Source of the DNA: Ginglymostoma cirratum
Taxonomy: Eukaryota
Reading direction: 5' to 3'
Assembly (NCBI GenBank): GCA_024137785.1
Contig: JAHRHZ010000062.1
Location: 25,807,014 to 25,871,013 of the forward strand
Length of the DNA stretch: 64,000 nucleotides
Within the stretch, counting starts at the first letter, position 1; every line of letters starts with the position of its first letter. Position numbers and translations under genes: made by a program. The notes under the pieces are model-generated. The model was not told the DNA's origin. It was given only the letters and a program-made list of their open reading frames with translations, and searched no databases. Below are positions 1 to 11,743 of this stretch, one piece after another.

Positions 1-846
1 GTCCCATTCTTCTTTGGACGCCATGCATTTACCTGTGGCAACTATTCTTTGAACAATTCTACCAGTTGGTGGTTCAAGTAGTCCTGGCATGCATTTGTAA
101 AATATCTTAAAATGGTCAAATCATTGTCCAAACCATTTACTTGGGTGTAAGGTTTGATGAGTGGAATTCTCAGGTGAAAATAAAAGCAGTTCTTGAATTT
201 CAGAAAGAAGGAATTTTACCTGCCCAAATGATTTCAACTGTGAAACTGCATCTGTTTAATCATGATGTTCTGGCATTTCCAAGGTGCAATTTTTTCGAAG
301 GACTGGGTGAGAAGTCAGCATACAACCGTCCAACAGAGAGAGAATGTGCTGATGATGGACCTCAGATTTGGGAGGTCATCCACCAGCTCCAACGTGGTAA
401 GTAAACCTACCTTGGTGCAACTTGGAAACCTGTATTGCTGATGGCTAATGCTATCATTTTGCCAGGAGACCAATCTGTTCCCAATCGACTCCCATCATGA
501 GTGGCACGCAGATGGCTTTTGCAGCAAGAACATGGCCAGCGGTCAGGGAGAAATTGTACAAATTTTCAATTGAGTCCATTGATCTTGAATGGCAATAATT
601 TCTAGTCCAAGTGCGTTTATCTTTCAAAGCTAAACACAGCTCTAGGAAATCTCTGCACTTTCGCCAAATATATCAAATCATAAAAGGTTATTGCAAAGTG
701 CAAAATACTTGACCATTGCACGATTGAATAGCTTCCAGTGTTTAAGGGCTTGACGAAGGTCTAAAGGACTGCGGGTGTTGCAAAGCAGAAACAAAAACAG
801 AAGATGCTCGAAAGGGTCACCGGACCTGAAATGTTAACATGGATTT

Positions 847-1522
847 AGACAATAGACAATAGACAATAGGTGCAGGAGTAGGCCATTCGGCCCTTCGAGC
901 CAGCACAACCATTCATTATGATCATGGCTGATCATCCACAATCAGTATCCTGTTCCTGCCTTTTCCCCATAACCCTTGATTCCATTATCAATAACAGCTC
1001 TATCCATCTCTTTCTTGAAAGTATCCAGAGACTTGGCCTCCAGTGCCTTCTGGGGCTGAGCATTCCATATGTCCGCCACTCTCTAGGTGAAGACGTTTTT
1101 CCTCAGCTCTGTTCTAAATGGCCCACCCCTTATTTTTAAACTGTGTCCTCTGGTTCTGTACTCACCCATCAGCAGAAACATGCTCCTTGCCTCCAGAGTG
1201 TCCAATCCCTTAATAATCTTGTACGTCTCAATCAGATCCCCTCTCATCCTTCTAAACTCAAGTGTATACAAGCCCAGTCGCTCCAATCTTTCAACATATG
1301 GTAGACCCGCCATTCCGGGCATTAGCCTCGTGAACCTACGCTGCACTCCCTCAATAGCGAGAATGTCCTTCCTCAAATTTGCAGACGAAAACTGCACACA
1401 GTATTCCAGGTGCGGTCTCACCAGAGCCCTGTACAGCTGCAGAAGGACCTCTTTGCTCCTGTACTCAATTCCTCTTGTTATGAAGGCCAGCATGCCATTA
1501 GCTTTCTTCACTGCCTGCTGTA
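847..1522 (-). mobile_element. 5'-truncated CR1 LINE (3' end of ORF2 plus tail)
   Basis: LYRALVRPHLEYCVQF...RMRGDLIETYKI; (AGACAAT)n tail. Absent from the paralogous site near 4545. Confidence 0.95.
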
Positions 1523-2351
1523 TTCTCTGATTTCTCTTCACTCATGTTACCAGATCTGGTGAGCTTCTCCCAGAAACTTCTCTTTTCGTTTAAGGGCTTG
1601 ATCTTGTGTGTGCAAATTCTGTTCAGTGAGTGATTTTGGAGTTAATGACAGAAGCTTATATTTGAGAGCTGATTGTTGGGAATTAGATGGTGGGGATGTG
1701 GTGAATGGGCTGAATGGTATAGTTGGCATGGATGCCCTCTCCACATGAATTGAGTTACATGGACAACTTGAGTGAGATTGGTAATGTTCTTCCTGAACAG
1801 ATGCTATGGTCTTGGAACAACATTCTGAAATTCAGCTGATCTCTTTCTATTAGCTTCTAAAAACCTGTGTGAATACTACGTGCTCCCCTCAGAACACAGC
1901 ACATTGCTCCTTTTTAATTTCTCCACCTGGATCTCTCATTCTGTGCCTAGTGAAAAGCTTAGTGATTTCTCTGTCACACATTTTAACCATTGGTCGAAAT
2001 GTCAGAGCACATGATTATTTCAGGAATGTGTGCACCAATGTTTGCAGTAACAATGTAAGGCCACTTAGGAGCTAGAGATCATCTTTAAGTAACTCGTGCT
2101 TCTCATTATATAAGGTCCTACTCCTGCAAGGAGCTAATGAACAAATTGGAGTTCGTTGACTTCACTGAAGTCAAAGAATGTAGCAGGTAGTGAAAATCCA
2201 CAACATGCCATTAAACACGTACTCTCATCTCAATTTACCTTAATTGAAAAGGGCTTTGCCGAATTGCATGGACAGAGTTTTGCATTAGTTCTGGTCTCAC
2301 AGCCAAAAATTACTTATTAATTGGTAACATTTTTAAATAATGATAACGCAC

Positions 2352-2432
2352 CGTTCTGTTTTGATTGATGCTGTGCACCTTCTTCGGAATTCGTAGCAGA
2401 ATTTTGTTGCGTTTCAGTTGCTGCCAGTAGTT
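2352..2432 (-). other. 81-nt phase 1-1 exon-like unit, splice sites intact (ELLAATETQQNSATNSEEGAQHQSKQN)
   Basis: TATAG acceptor, GTGCGT donor, open frame; homologous to four other copies. Confidence 0.55.
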
Positions 2433-3349
2433 CTATATCAAAATAAAAATAGAAGATGTGCAAAATAAGCTCTGGAATATAAGGGAGTAGAAAATGCCCT
2501 AACAGTGCTTTTGTGCAAGAATGAAGTTCACCTGTTAATTTGAGCTCAGTACAATGAATGCAATAATTGGGTGATATAAGTGTCCTGAAATGAAATTTCT
2601 CCATATCGTATCGTGGTCAAATTATTATACAAATCATGTTGTTTTCTGGAGGGACAGAACAGTGGATTTCTCAGGTTAAATTGCAATCAGTTGTTGATGT
2701 TGACAAATCTGAAATCTTGCCCGACTGTGATGCTTTCTATGAAAATACATCTTTTCAACTGTGATGTTCTGAAGTTTCAACAACCAAATTTGCTCAAGGA
2801 CAGGAATGCAACTTCATCACACAACAATCTGACTCTGACACAGAGAGAAAGGTGCGGAATTATGTCTATAATAGTTGTAGCAATTCTGCAAAGGACCAAA
2901 AGGAGTAATATTGTCTGAACTGTACTTCATTCCTGCATTTTTTGAACAACAGGATGGTCGTTAATCAGGTCAGAGCAGAACCTCATTTTCAAAAGAATTT
3001 GTCCAATCTGTTCAGTAACAATATGAGGCCACTGTACGAGTTGGAGATTGTGTTTTGGTAACTTTTACTTCTTGCAGTATAAGATCCTGCTGATGCATGA
3101 AGCCAATGGGCAGAATGCATTTCATTGACAGAAAAGTGAGGTCCGGTGTGTCAGCAGGGAGCAAAAATGCACAGTGTGTCTTATCATGAAAGAGCAACGA
3201 TAAAAACATACAGAAATGTCAATAATAAGTTTCCAGGGCTTGATCAAATTCAATCGTTATAGTTTTGCATTAGATCAGGTACTTCACTGAGATAATTATC
3301 TATAATTGTTGCCGATAACTGTTCACACTTTTAAAACATAACATCTCAA

Positions 3350-3430
3350 CTTGCTTGTTCGGATCATCCTCCTCAGCTTGCTTTGTATTCATGGCATTAC
3401 TTTGTGTATTCTCAGTGTCATCCACGGAAC
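3350..3430 (-). pseudogene. 81-nt exon-like unit, donor lost (GSVDDTENTQSNAMNTKQAEEDDPNKQ)
   Basis: GTAG acceptor and open frame, but the donor position reads TTGAGA. Confidence 0.5.
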
Positions 3431-5978
3431 CTACATCCTCACAAAAGTACAAGGTGGACAGCATAAGCCCAGTTACATAAGGAAGTAGAAACTGCAGCGT
3501 TAATGCTTTTGTGTGATCATAAATTCCACACATGTTCATTTGAGCTCAGGCCAACAATATCTATGGACCAGTGAGACTTATTTTCAGATGGGTGCTGCAT
3601 TAATGTTCTCTCAGTTATTGCAGAGCTGCTGGTCACTGTGTGTATCACGTCCCATTCTTCTTTGGACACCATGCATTTACCTGTGGCAACTATTCTTTGA
3701 ACAATTCTGTAACTTGGTGATGCAAATGGTCCTGGCATGCATTTGTAAAGTATCTTGAAGTGGTCAAATCATTGTACAAACCATGTACTTGGGTGTAAAG
3801 ATTGATGAGTGGAATTCTCAGGCAAAAATGAAAGCAGTTTTTGAATTTGAGAAAGAAGTAATTTTACCTTGCTCAAATGATTTCAACTGTGAAACTGCAT
3901 CTGTTTAATCATGATGTTCTGGCATTTCCAATGTTGGATTTGCTCAAGGACTGTGATGAGACGTCAACACACAACCATTCGAAAACAGACAGAATGTGCT
4001 GATGATGGTCATAAGATGTGCACCAGTAGTGCAAAGGACCAAAAGGGGAGATGCCTCCTGAAGTGTGTTTCGCTTTGAATATTCTGGAGAATAGGGAGGT
4101 CATCCACCAGCTCCAACGTGGTAAGTAAACCTGCCTTGGTGCAACGTAGGAACCAGTATTGCTGATGGCTAACGCTGTCATTTTGCAAGGAGACCAACCT
4201 GTTCCCAATTGACTCCCATCATGAGTGGCATGAAGAAGGCTTTTGCAATAGGAATTTAACCGTGTTTCACGGAGGAATTGTACATAATTCCAATTGAGTC
4301 CATTGATCTTAAATGGCACTGCTTTCTGTACCAAATTCATTGATCTTTTAAAGTTAACCACAGCTCTGGGAAATCTCTGTACTTTGACCGATTATGACGA
4401 ATCATAAAATATTAATGCACAGTTTAAAAACTTCCAGTGTTTAATCACATCATAAACATCAAAAGCACTGCAGGTGCTGCAAAGCAGAAACAAGAACAGA
4501 AGATGCTCAAAAGGGCCACCAGACCGAAAACGTTAACTCTGATTTCACTTCACCAATGCTACCACACCTGCTGAGCTTCTCCAGCAATTTCTCTTTTTAT
4601 TTAAGGACTTAATGTTGTGTGTGCAAGTTCTATTCAGTGAGTGATTCAGAAGGTAATGGCACAAGGTTTTATTTGAGGACTGATTGTTGGGAATGAAATG
4701 ATGGGGATGTGGTGAATGAGCTAAATGGTGTAGTTGGCGTGGAAGCTCTCTCTGCATGAACTCAGTCACAAGGACAAATTGAGTGAGATTGTTGAAGTTC
4801 TTCCTTACCAGCGTTCATGGTCTTGGAACAACATTCTGAAATTCACCTGCTCTCTTTCTATTCGCTTCTAAACACCTGTGTGAATACCACTTGCTCCCCT
4901 CAGAACACAGCATATTGCTCCTGTTTTAATTTCACCACCTGGATCTCTAATTCTGCACCTCGTGAAAAGCTTAGTGCATTCTATGTCACACATGTTAACC
5001 ATTGGTCGAAATGCCCAAGCACCAGTTTATTTCAGGAATGTGTGTGTGTGTACCCTATTTTGCAGTAACAATGTAAGTCAACTTAGGAGCTGGAGATTGT
5101 CTTTAAGTAACTTGTGCTACTCTCAATATAAGGACCTACTCCTGCAAGAAGCAAATGTACAAGTTGGATGTCGTTAAAGCTCACTGAAGTCAAATAATGT
5201 AGCAGGTACCGAAAATGCATAATGCGCCATTAAATACATACTGTCATCTTAATTTACCTTAGTTTAAAAGGCCTTTGTCAAATTCCATTGTCAAAGTTTT
5301 GCATTAGTTCTGGGCTTTGCCCAAATAATTACTTTTAATTATTGCACCAAAGCTGGTTAGTTACTGAATTGTACCTGTGGGGGACCTCCCTATTCTCTGG
5401 AATATTCAACCATAAACATTCTTCAGAAAGCATTACCCCTTTTTGTCCTTTGCACTATTGGTGCAATTCTTGTGTCCCTCATTCAGCACATTCTCACTAT
5501 GTCAGATTGTTGTGTCTTGAATGTCCCATCCCAGTTATTGAGCAAACTCCATCTTGGAAACTCCAGAACATCATTATTGGAAAGATACATTTTCATAGTT
5601 GACATCATTTGGGTAAGTTATAATTCCTGGTAACTCAAATTCAAGAACTGATGTCATTTTCATTTGAAAACTCCACTGAGCTATATTGCAGAAAAATATT
5701 TGATTTGTTCAATGATTTGATTACTTTGAGACATTTTGCAACTGCAATGCAGGACCATTTGAATCACCAAGTTATAGAATTCTTCAAAAAATAGTTACAT
5801 CGTATTGACTGAGGTAAAAGAAGAATGGGATGTAATATGCATTCAGCTCTGCAAAGTTAGATAGAATATTAACGCAGCACTAATCTGAAAACTGGTGTAA
5901 TTTGTCTTGAGGTAAATTTGTAAAGATCTCATGTTACTGGGTTTACACTGAATATCTTGTATCTTTATGATGATGTAG

Positions 5979-6059
5979 AATCACAAGAGGTCCCTGAAAT
6001 TCAACAAAGTCATGCTTGGGATACAGAACAAGATACAGAGAATCAATCAATAGAGAAAC
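5979..6059 (+). other. 81-nt exon-like unit, splice sites intact, inside the inverted block (ESQEVPEIQQSHAWDTEQDTENQSIEK)
   Basis: GATGTAG acceptor, perfect GTAAGT donor, open frame. Confidence 0.55.
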
Positions 6060-7459
6060 GTAAGTTGCTATGATTTAAAAGTGTGGCCAATTAAGAAGAA
6101 ATCGTCTGGGTGCATTACCTGATCTAATGCAATACTCTCACACTGGAATTGGGTCATTGCCTGGTAAATTGGTACAGGTCTGACAGTATGTGTTTAATCC
6201 TTGTCTTTGGATCACAGGCTGTGCTGTACCATTTGCTACCTGCTGACTTACTTGATTTCAGGATGCTGCCAATGATATCCATGTTGTTCACTGGATGCAT
6301 GCATTAGCAGAACCTTTTATTGTGAGAGGCTAAAGTTACTTAAAGGCAATCTCCAGCTCTGATAGTAGGAGTTGTTACTGCAAACATTAGTGCACTCGGT
6401 TGCAAAATAAACTTATGCTCTGATACTTTGAACAAAAGTTAAACTGTGTGAGGTAGCATCCACTAAATTTTTCAGGAGGCTCAGAACTAGAGAACTAGGG
6501 TCCGCTATGAAAGAAGAAAGCCCTTGGTCCAGAAATCAGTGCCATTGAAAATGCATGAACTCAATTGGATATATGAATAGATTCTATCTAGCCCATGAAC
6601 GGGCTCTTTAATAGCCAAAGCCATCCTGAAGGCAGTGACAGCATCAGCATTCTGGGCAACCTCAGCCCATCAAGATCACTACGGTCGAATGGGGGAAAGG
6701 TTGGTCTCCTTGTGAAATGGCAGCCTCAGCCATGAGCAACACTGGGTCCAACATTGCACCAAAGTAGGTTTACTTATAATGTTGCAGCTGGGGGATGAGC
6801 TCTCTACTCATCAGAATATTCAAACCCAAAGCATCCTTTGGAAAGCATCTCCTATTTGGTTCGTTTGCACTATTGGTGCGAACCTAATGTCCACCATTCA
6901 GCACTTTCCCAATGTCAGATCGTTCTGTGCTGATCTCCATTCTTAGTTCTAAGGCAAATTCCATCATGGAACCACCAGTGCACATGATTGAAAAGATACA
7001 ATTTTGCAGTTGAAATCATTTGGGGAAAGTAAAATTTCTGTCTTCTCAAATTCAAGACCTGATTGCATTTTTGTCAGAAAACTCCAATGATCAATCCTTA
7101 CAACTAACTGTATGATTTGTACAATGATTTGACCACTTCAAGACATTTCACATTTGCATGCCAGGACCATTTGAATCACTGTGACATATAATTCTTCAAA
7201 GAATAATTGGCTGAGGTAAATGTATGGCATCAATAGAAGCATAGGACATATGACACTGTGAGCAGCAGCTCTGCAGTACCTCAGAGAACATTAACGCAGC
7301 ACTCATAAGAAAATTTGCCTCATTTGTGCATAGATATAGTTGGACTGAGCTCAAATGAACATGTGTGAAATACATGAACACACAAAAGCATGATCACTGC
7401 AGTTTCTACTCGCTTATGTAGCTGAGTTTACACTATCTTGTATTTTTGTGATGATATAG

Positions 7460-7541
7460 AAACACTGATCGTTGCTAAGCATGAACAAAGCATTGCTGCA
7501 GATACAAAAAAAAGACACAGAGGATCACTCAAAAGGGAAAG
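7460..7541 (+). pseudogene. Degenerate exon-like unit (extra A in a homopolymer, no GT donor)
   Basis: TATAG acceptor, 82 nt, donor position reads ATAGAT. Confidence 0.5.
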
Positions 7542-8447
7542 ATAGATGCAATTATTTAAAACTAAGTGCAATTAAAAATAATTATCTGTGTGGAATAGGT
7601 GATCTAATGCAAAACTGTAATGATTGAATCTGTTGAAGCCCTGGAAAATTGGAATGGTGATGACAGTATGATTTAATTCTTGCGTTTGCATGACAGACAC
7701 ACTGCACATTTTTCCTGGCTGCTGTCTCAGCTGTCTTCACTTTTCTGTCAATGAAATGCATTCTGTTAATTGAATTCAAGTATCAGCAGGGCCTTATATT
7801 GCCAGAAGAATAAGTTACCAAAACACAATCTGCATCTCATGCAGTGGCCTCGTATTGTTACTGCACAGACTGGAGAAATCCTTTTGAAAATACAATTCTG
7901 CTCTGACCTGATTAACAACCGTCACATTATTCAAAAAATGCAGGACACAAGTACAGTTCAGAGAATATTTCCCCTTTTGGTCCTTTGCACAATTGCTACA
8001 ACTGTTACGGACATCATTCCTCACTTTTCTCCCTGTGTCAGAGTCAGATTGTTGTGTGATGCACTTGCATTCCAGTGCTTGAGCAAATTTGGTTTAGTAA
8101 CATCCAGAACATCAATGTTGAAAAGATACAATTTCATAGATAACATCACAGTCGGGCAAGATGATGTTTCAGATTTGTCAACATCAAGAACTGATTACAT
8201 TTTAACCTGAGAAATCCATTATTCTGTCCCTTCAGAAAACAACATGGTTTGTACAATGATTTGCCCACTTTCCGATATTGTGCAAGTTCATTCCAGGTCA
8301 TTTGAATCACCAAATTATTGCATTCATTGTACTGATCTGAAATTAACATGCGTGAATGTCATTCTTGCACAAAAGCACTATTAGCGCAGTTTCTACTCTC
8401 TTATATTACTGGGCCTACTCTGCACTTGTATTTTTATTTTGACGTGG

Positions 8448-8528
8448 AATCACCGGTAACAACTGAATCTCATCAAAAAGCTACTACGAATAAAGAAGAA
8501 GATGCAGAGAATCAATCAAAACAGAACG
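8448..8528 (+). pseudogene. 81-nt exon-like unit, acceptor lost (ESPVTTESHQKATTNKEEDAENQSKQN)
   Basis: Acceptor position reads GG; donor GTGCGT is identical to the 2352 copy. Confidence 0.5.
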
Positions 8529-8572
8529 GTGCGTTATCATGATTTAAAAATGTGACCAAGTAATTAAAAGTA

Positions 8573-8805
8573 TGGGAGGTGTGTGAGGGGATAGGGTGCT
8601 GGCGGGTGTAGGGTGATGANNNNNNNNNNTGGGAGGTGTGTGAGGGGATAGGGTGCTGGCGGGTGTAGGGTGATGATGGGAGGTGTGTGAGGGGATAGGG
8701 TGCTGGTGGGTATGGGGTGATCATAGGAGGTGTGTGAGGAGGTAACATGCTGGTGGGAATGGGGTGATGATGGGAGGTATGTGAGGAGGTAGAGTGCTGA
8801 GGAAT
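8573..8805. repeat. G-rich 47-bp minisatellite containing a 10-N gap
   Basis: Unit TGGGAGGTGTGTGAGGGGATAGGGTGCTGGCGGGTGTAGGGTGATGA starting at 8573, 8630, 8677, 8724 and 8771. Confidence 0.9.
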
Positions 8806-10511
8806 GAAATGGTAGGCTGGCAGATATGTGGATAAGAGATTAGGATAGGTTGAGGGGTTGAGTCGGGCGTTGTGGTATCAAGTTAGAATCATAAAGTCTT
8901 CAAGATCTACAGCACAGGAAAAAAGCCTTTGGCCCATTGAGTATGTGCTGTTCAAAAAGAAAACATCTGACCATTCTAACACCTTTTCAGGCATTTGCCT
9001 ATAGACTTGTTGTTCTTGGCATCACAACAGCATATTTAAATCATTCTTCAATCTGATGAGGGTTTCTGCCTTTTCCACCCTTCTCGGCAGTGAGTTTCAT
9101 ATTCCCACCACCCTCTGAATTAAAAATAAATTTCCTCACATCCCCTCTGGACCTGCTGCTCCTGACCTTAAATCTGTCCCCTGTTCATTGATCCTCCCAG
9201 CAAGGAGTTCTTTACTACCTTAGAACAGGGCATCATATTGGGGCAGATCCAGTTTCAGATCCAGTGGCTGGGGTTGGGGGCTGCTGGTGTTGGAACGCGA
9301 GCTTACTGATTTGTTGCAGACAAGCGTGAGGTCCTGTGGGGTCACATCTGCTGTTCGGGGACATTGGGATTGGAAATTAGATCCTGATCAAGTGTTTCAG
9401 GGCTTGGAAGGGGTAGTTTGTTGTGTCACCCCAGGAAACGGCTGAGGGGTCAGTGGAAATAGAATAGGTTTTGATCCTCAAACTTTTCCGGGGTAGCTAC
9501 TCAGCTCAGTTGAGTCTGATTCCTCCAAAATCATCAACTTTAAATATATTCTGTAGAATGTTCCAGGTGCAGGAGAATTGCCAAATGAAATTTTCAGTTT
9601 CATGGGAAATGTCCTCAGTCAGTTGGTTCAGGATTTCTATACAGTTCTGACTTGAAACCCCAATCTACACTTTCCAAGGATATCTCTCCTTTAGCTCACA
9701 GACAAGATTTCTCAATGACACTGTTAATATTTCCATAAACAGTTGAAATCACAATGTGCAGATTCAATTCCTGAATGGATGAATCATGATTTTTTCACCA
9801 CTTTAAATCATACAGAATTCATTTTATCACATTTATTGCCTCCATCATCTTTTGAACATGATTTTCCTTTCTTAGCAGGGTTTTGAATGTGCAATTACTG
9901 AGGTAATGTATGACTTGCCAGATCTCTGTCTTTTCCTGACAGTCGATTCCTGTCCAGAAATGTCCACAGTGGGAGTCATTTAAGTGTATGTATGTATTTT
10001 ATGAAATGCCCGGAGTTCTAGGCCTGTCTATTAAAGCGTCAATCACAAAGCTGAGCAAATATCTTGACTCAAGTGTGGAATAATTGTGATGCAATGATGC
10101 ATTCCTACGGTTGTCATCACATTTGGAATTTCCTTGAACACTGAAATTTATTGCAAGAAATTCCACATATCCTTCCGCAAAAGTAGAATTATTTGAGCAA
10201 TGATTGAACACCACAAAGGTAATTTTGGAGTAAATTCCATGGTATCTTGAAGAACCAAATATTGAAGAACCACTTCTGCCAATGTATGAAACTTGCTGCT
10301 TCAGGAATATTCAGGCCAGCACAATTAGAAGTCTACCTACAGTTAATGTCAATGGTGGATAACAATTCCGCATTGTCTGTAAGTTCATTAATGCAACATT
10401 TAACTGGAAATAGTAGCACCGATATGCGGACAAAAGTGTATTATGTTCAAACATATGAATATGTGTTCTTCTAATTTAAGCCAAAAGCACGCTCACTGAA
10501 TTACTGCACCT

Positions 10512-10594
10512 TTACAGCATCTGTTTACATGGTTTATTGTCATTTTGTTCATGAAGATTCACTGATAACTTCTCCAAAGGATGGAAGCAAAATT
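10512..10594 (-). CDS. Candidate terminal coding exon (EFCFHPLEKLSVNLHEQNDNKPCKQML*)
   Basis: Good acceptor (TTCAATTCTTACCTCCAG), open in phase 1 to TAA; AATAAA downstream on the minus strand at 10147-10152. No homology support. Confidence 0.4.
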
Positions 10595-10639
10595 CTGGAG
10601 GTAAGAATTGAATGATGACCATGAAATCATTGCCAATTA

Positions 10640-10830
10640 TTAGGGGAAAACCTTATCTGGTTCACTCATGTCTTTTAGGGAAGGAAATCTGCTATCCTCA
10701 TCTGGTCTGGCCTACATGTGACTCCAGACCCACAGCAGTGTAAGTGACTCTCAACTGCTCTCTGGGGAATTAGGAATGGGTAATAAATCCTGGCCTAGTC
10801 AATGATTTCTACATCCCATGAATAAACAAA
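10640..10830 (+). mobile_element. Partial SINE (same family as 59720-60007)
   Basis: GGTTCACTCATGTCTTTTAGGGAAGGAAATCTG...GACTCCAGACCCACAGC...ATGAATAAA shared with the other copies. Confidence 0.8.
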
Positions 10831-11303
10831 ACAATGGTGCTAGCAATAGGGAAGATCATCATTGAAATTAAACCTTCTCTTACGTCAGCAAGTATTGTAT
10901 TCTTTGGGTTAAACAAACAGCAGCTACTTCCAGCTGGGTGAGATGGTAGCGTTGACATGTGTGTGAGGTTATGGGTTCAGGTGGGCGAGGCAGTTGGGTG
11001 CAAGAGTGAGAGTTTGGTGACCAGATAAACAGACAGGTGTTTAAGGTATGTCAAACGTTTAGATCAATATCGGCTGGATTCAGCAGCGGCAATTGGTTTT
11101 TGGACCAGGTGGAGTTGAGTCATGGGGGAGTGTTTGGGAGATAAGATCCAGGCAGTGTTGGGACAGAGGTGGTAACGGTCAGAGTTAGAGGATATTTGGA
11201 TCGTAAACCTTGGATAAATTAAATAGATATCCACAGGTTAGAGTAGATATTAATTATCTTCCTTTCCTTGAGCAACTTTTAACTTGAGTGTGTCCAAACC
11301 TAC

Positions 11304-11399
11304 CCTCAGTTTCTACTCCAATCAGATTTTGTGACTCATCCGAAAGTTCCACTTGATTGTCAATCCCGACTTTACCTTTTGAGAGAGTGTCCTGTGATT
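11304..11399 (-). CDS. NCR3LG1: Cytoplasmic exon B (ESQDTLSKGKVGIDNQVELSDESQNLIGVETE)
   Basis: 96-nt open phase 1-1 exon, GTAG acceptor and GTAGGT donor; same length and phase as exon A, 344 bp away. Confidence 0.65.
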
Positions 11400-11647
11400 C
11401 TACATAAGCACAAAAATACACAAGAAATGTTGTAAACATGTATTATGATGGAAACTATAGCAACAATATCTTTGTCATTGAAAAATGCCTACATATTTAT
11501 TTCAGCTCAATGGTCATAGCTGGGAAGTAGTTAGGTGTTCAGTAGTAAGTCAAGGGGTCAATTGAATAGTTACATACAGGTTAGAGTAGGTTGTTAATTG
11601 GCTAACATTCCTTGAGTAACATTTAACATGAGTGAGTCCAAGCCTAC

Positions 11648-11743
11648 CTTCAGGTTCTGCCCCCATCAGATTTTGACGCTCATCAGAATGTTTCACTTGA
11701 TTGATACTACCGGCTTCAGCCTTTGAGAGGGGGTTCTGTAATT
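11648..11743 (-). CDS. NCR3LG1: Cytoplasmic exon A (ELQNPLSKAEAGSINQVKHSDERQNLMGAEPE)
   Basis: 96-nt open phase 1-1 exon, GTAG acceptor and GTAGGC donor; tandem paralog of exon B. Confidence 0.65.

Larger units (their letters stand above)
1..8572. repeat. Tandem array of diverged intron + 81-nt exon units with an internal inversion
   Basis: 1-2316 matches 3650-5340 directly (apart from a CR1 insert). About 2317-3800 matches 7100-8560 in reverse. Exon-like cores at 2352-2432(-), 3350-3430(-), 5979-6059(+), 7460-7541(+) and 8448-8528(+). Confidence 0.85.

Noticed and set aside
141-8210. ORF-track ORFs in the array (141-404, 2613-2918, 3909-4361, 5342-5602, 7770-8210)
   Set aside because: Homologous copies carry stops and frameshifts at different places and no domain is recognisable. 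They are best read as intronic repeat sequence.
9495-9636. Alternative terminal exon (EILNQLTEDISHETENF...*) on the minus strand
   Set aside because: Weak polypyrimidine tract and no independent support.
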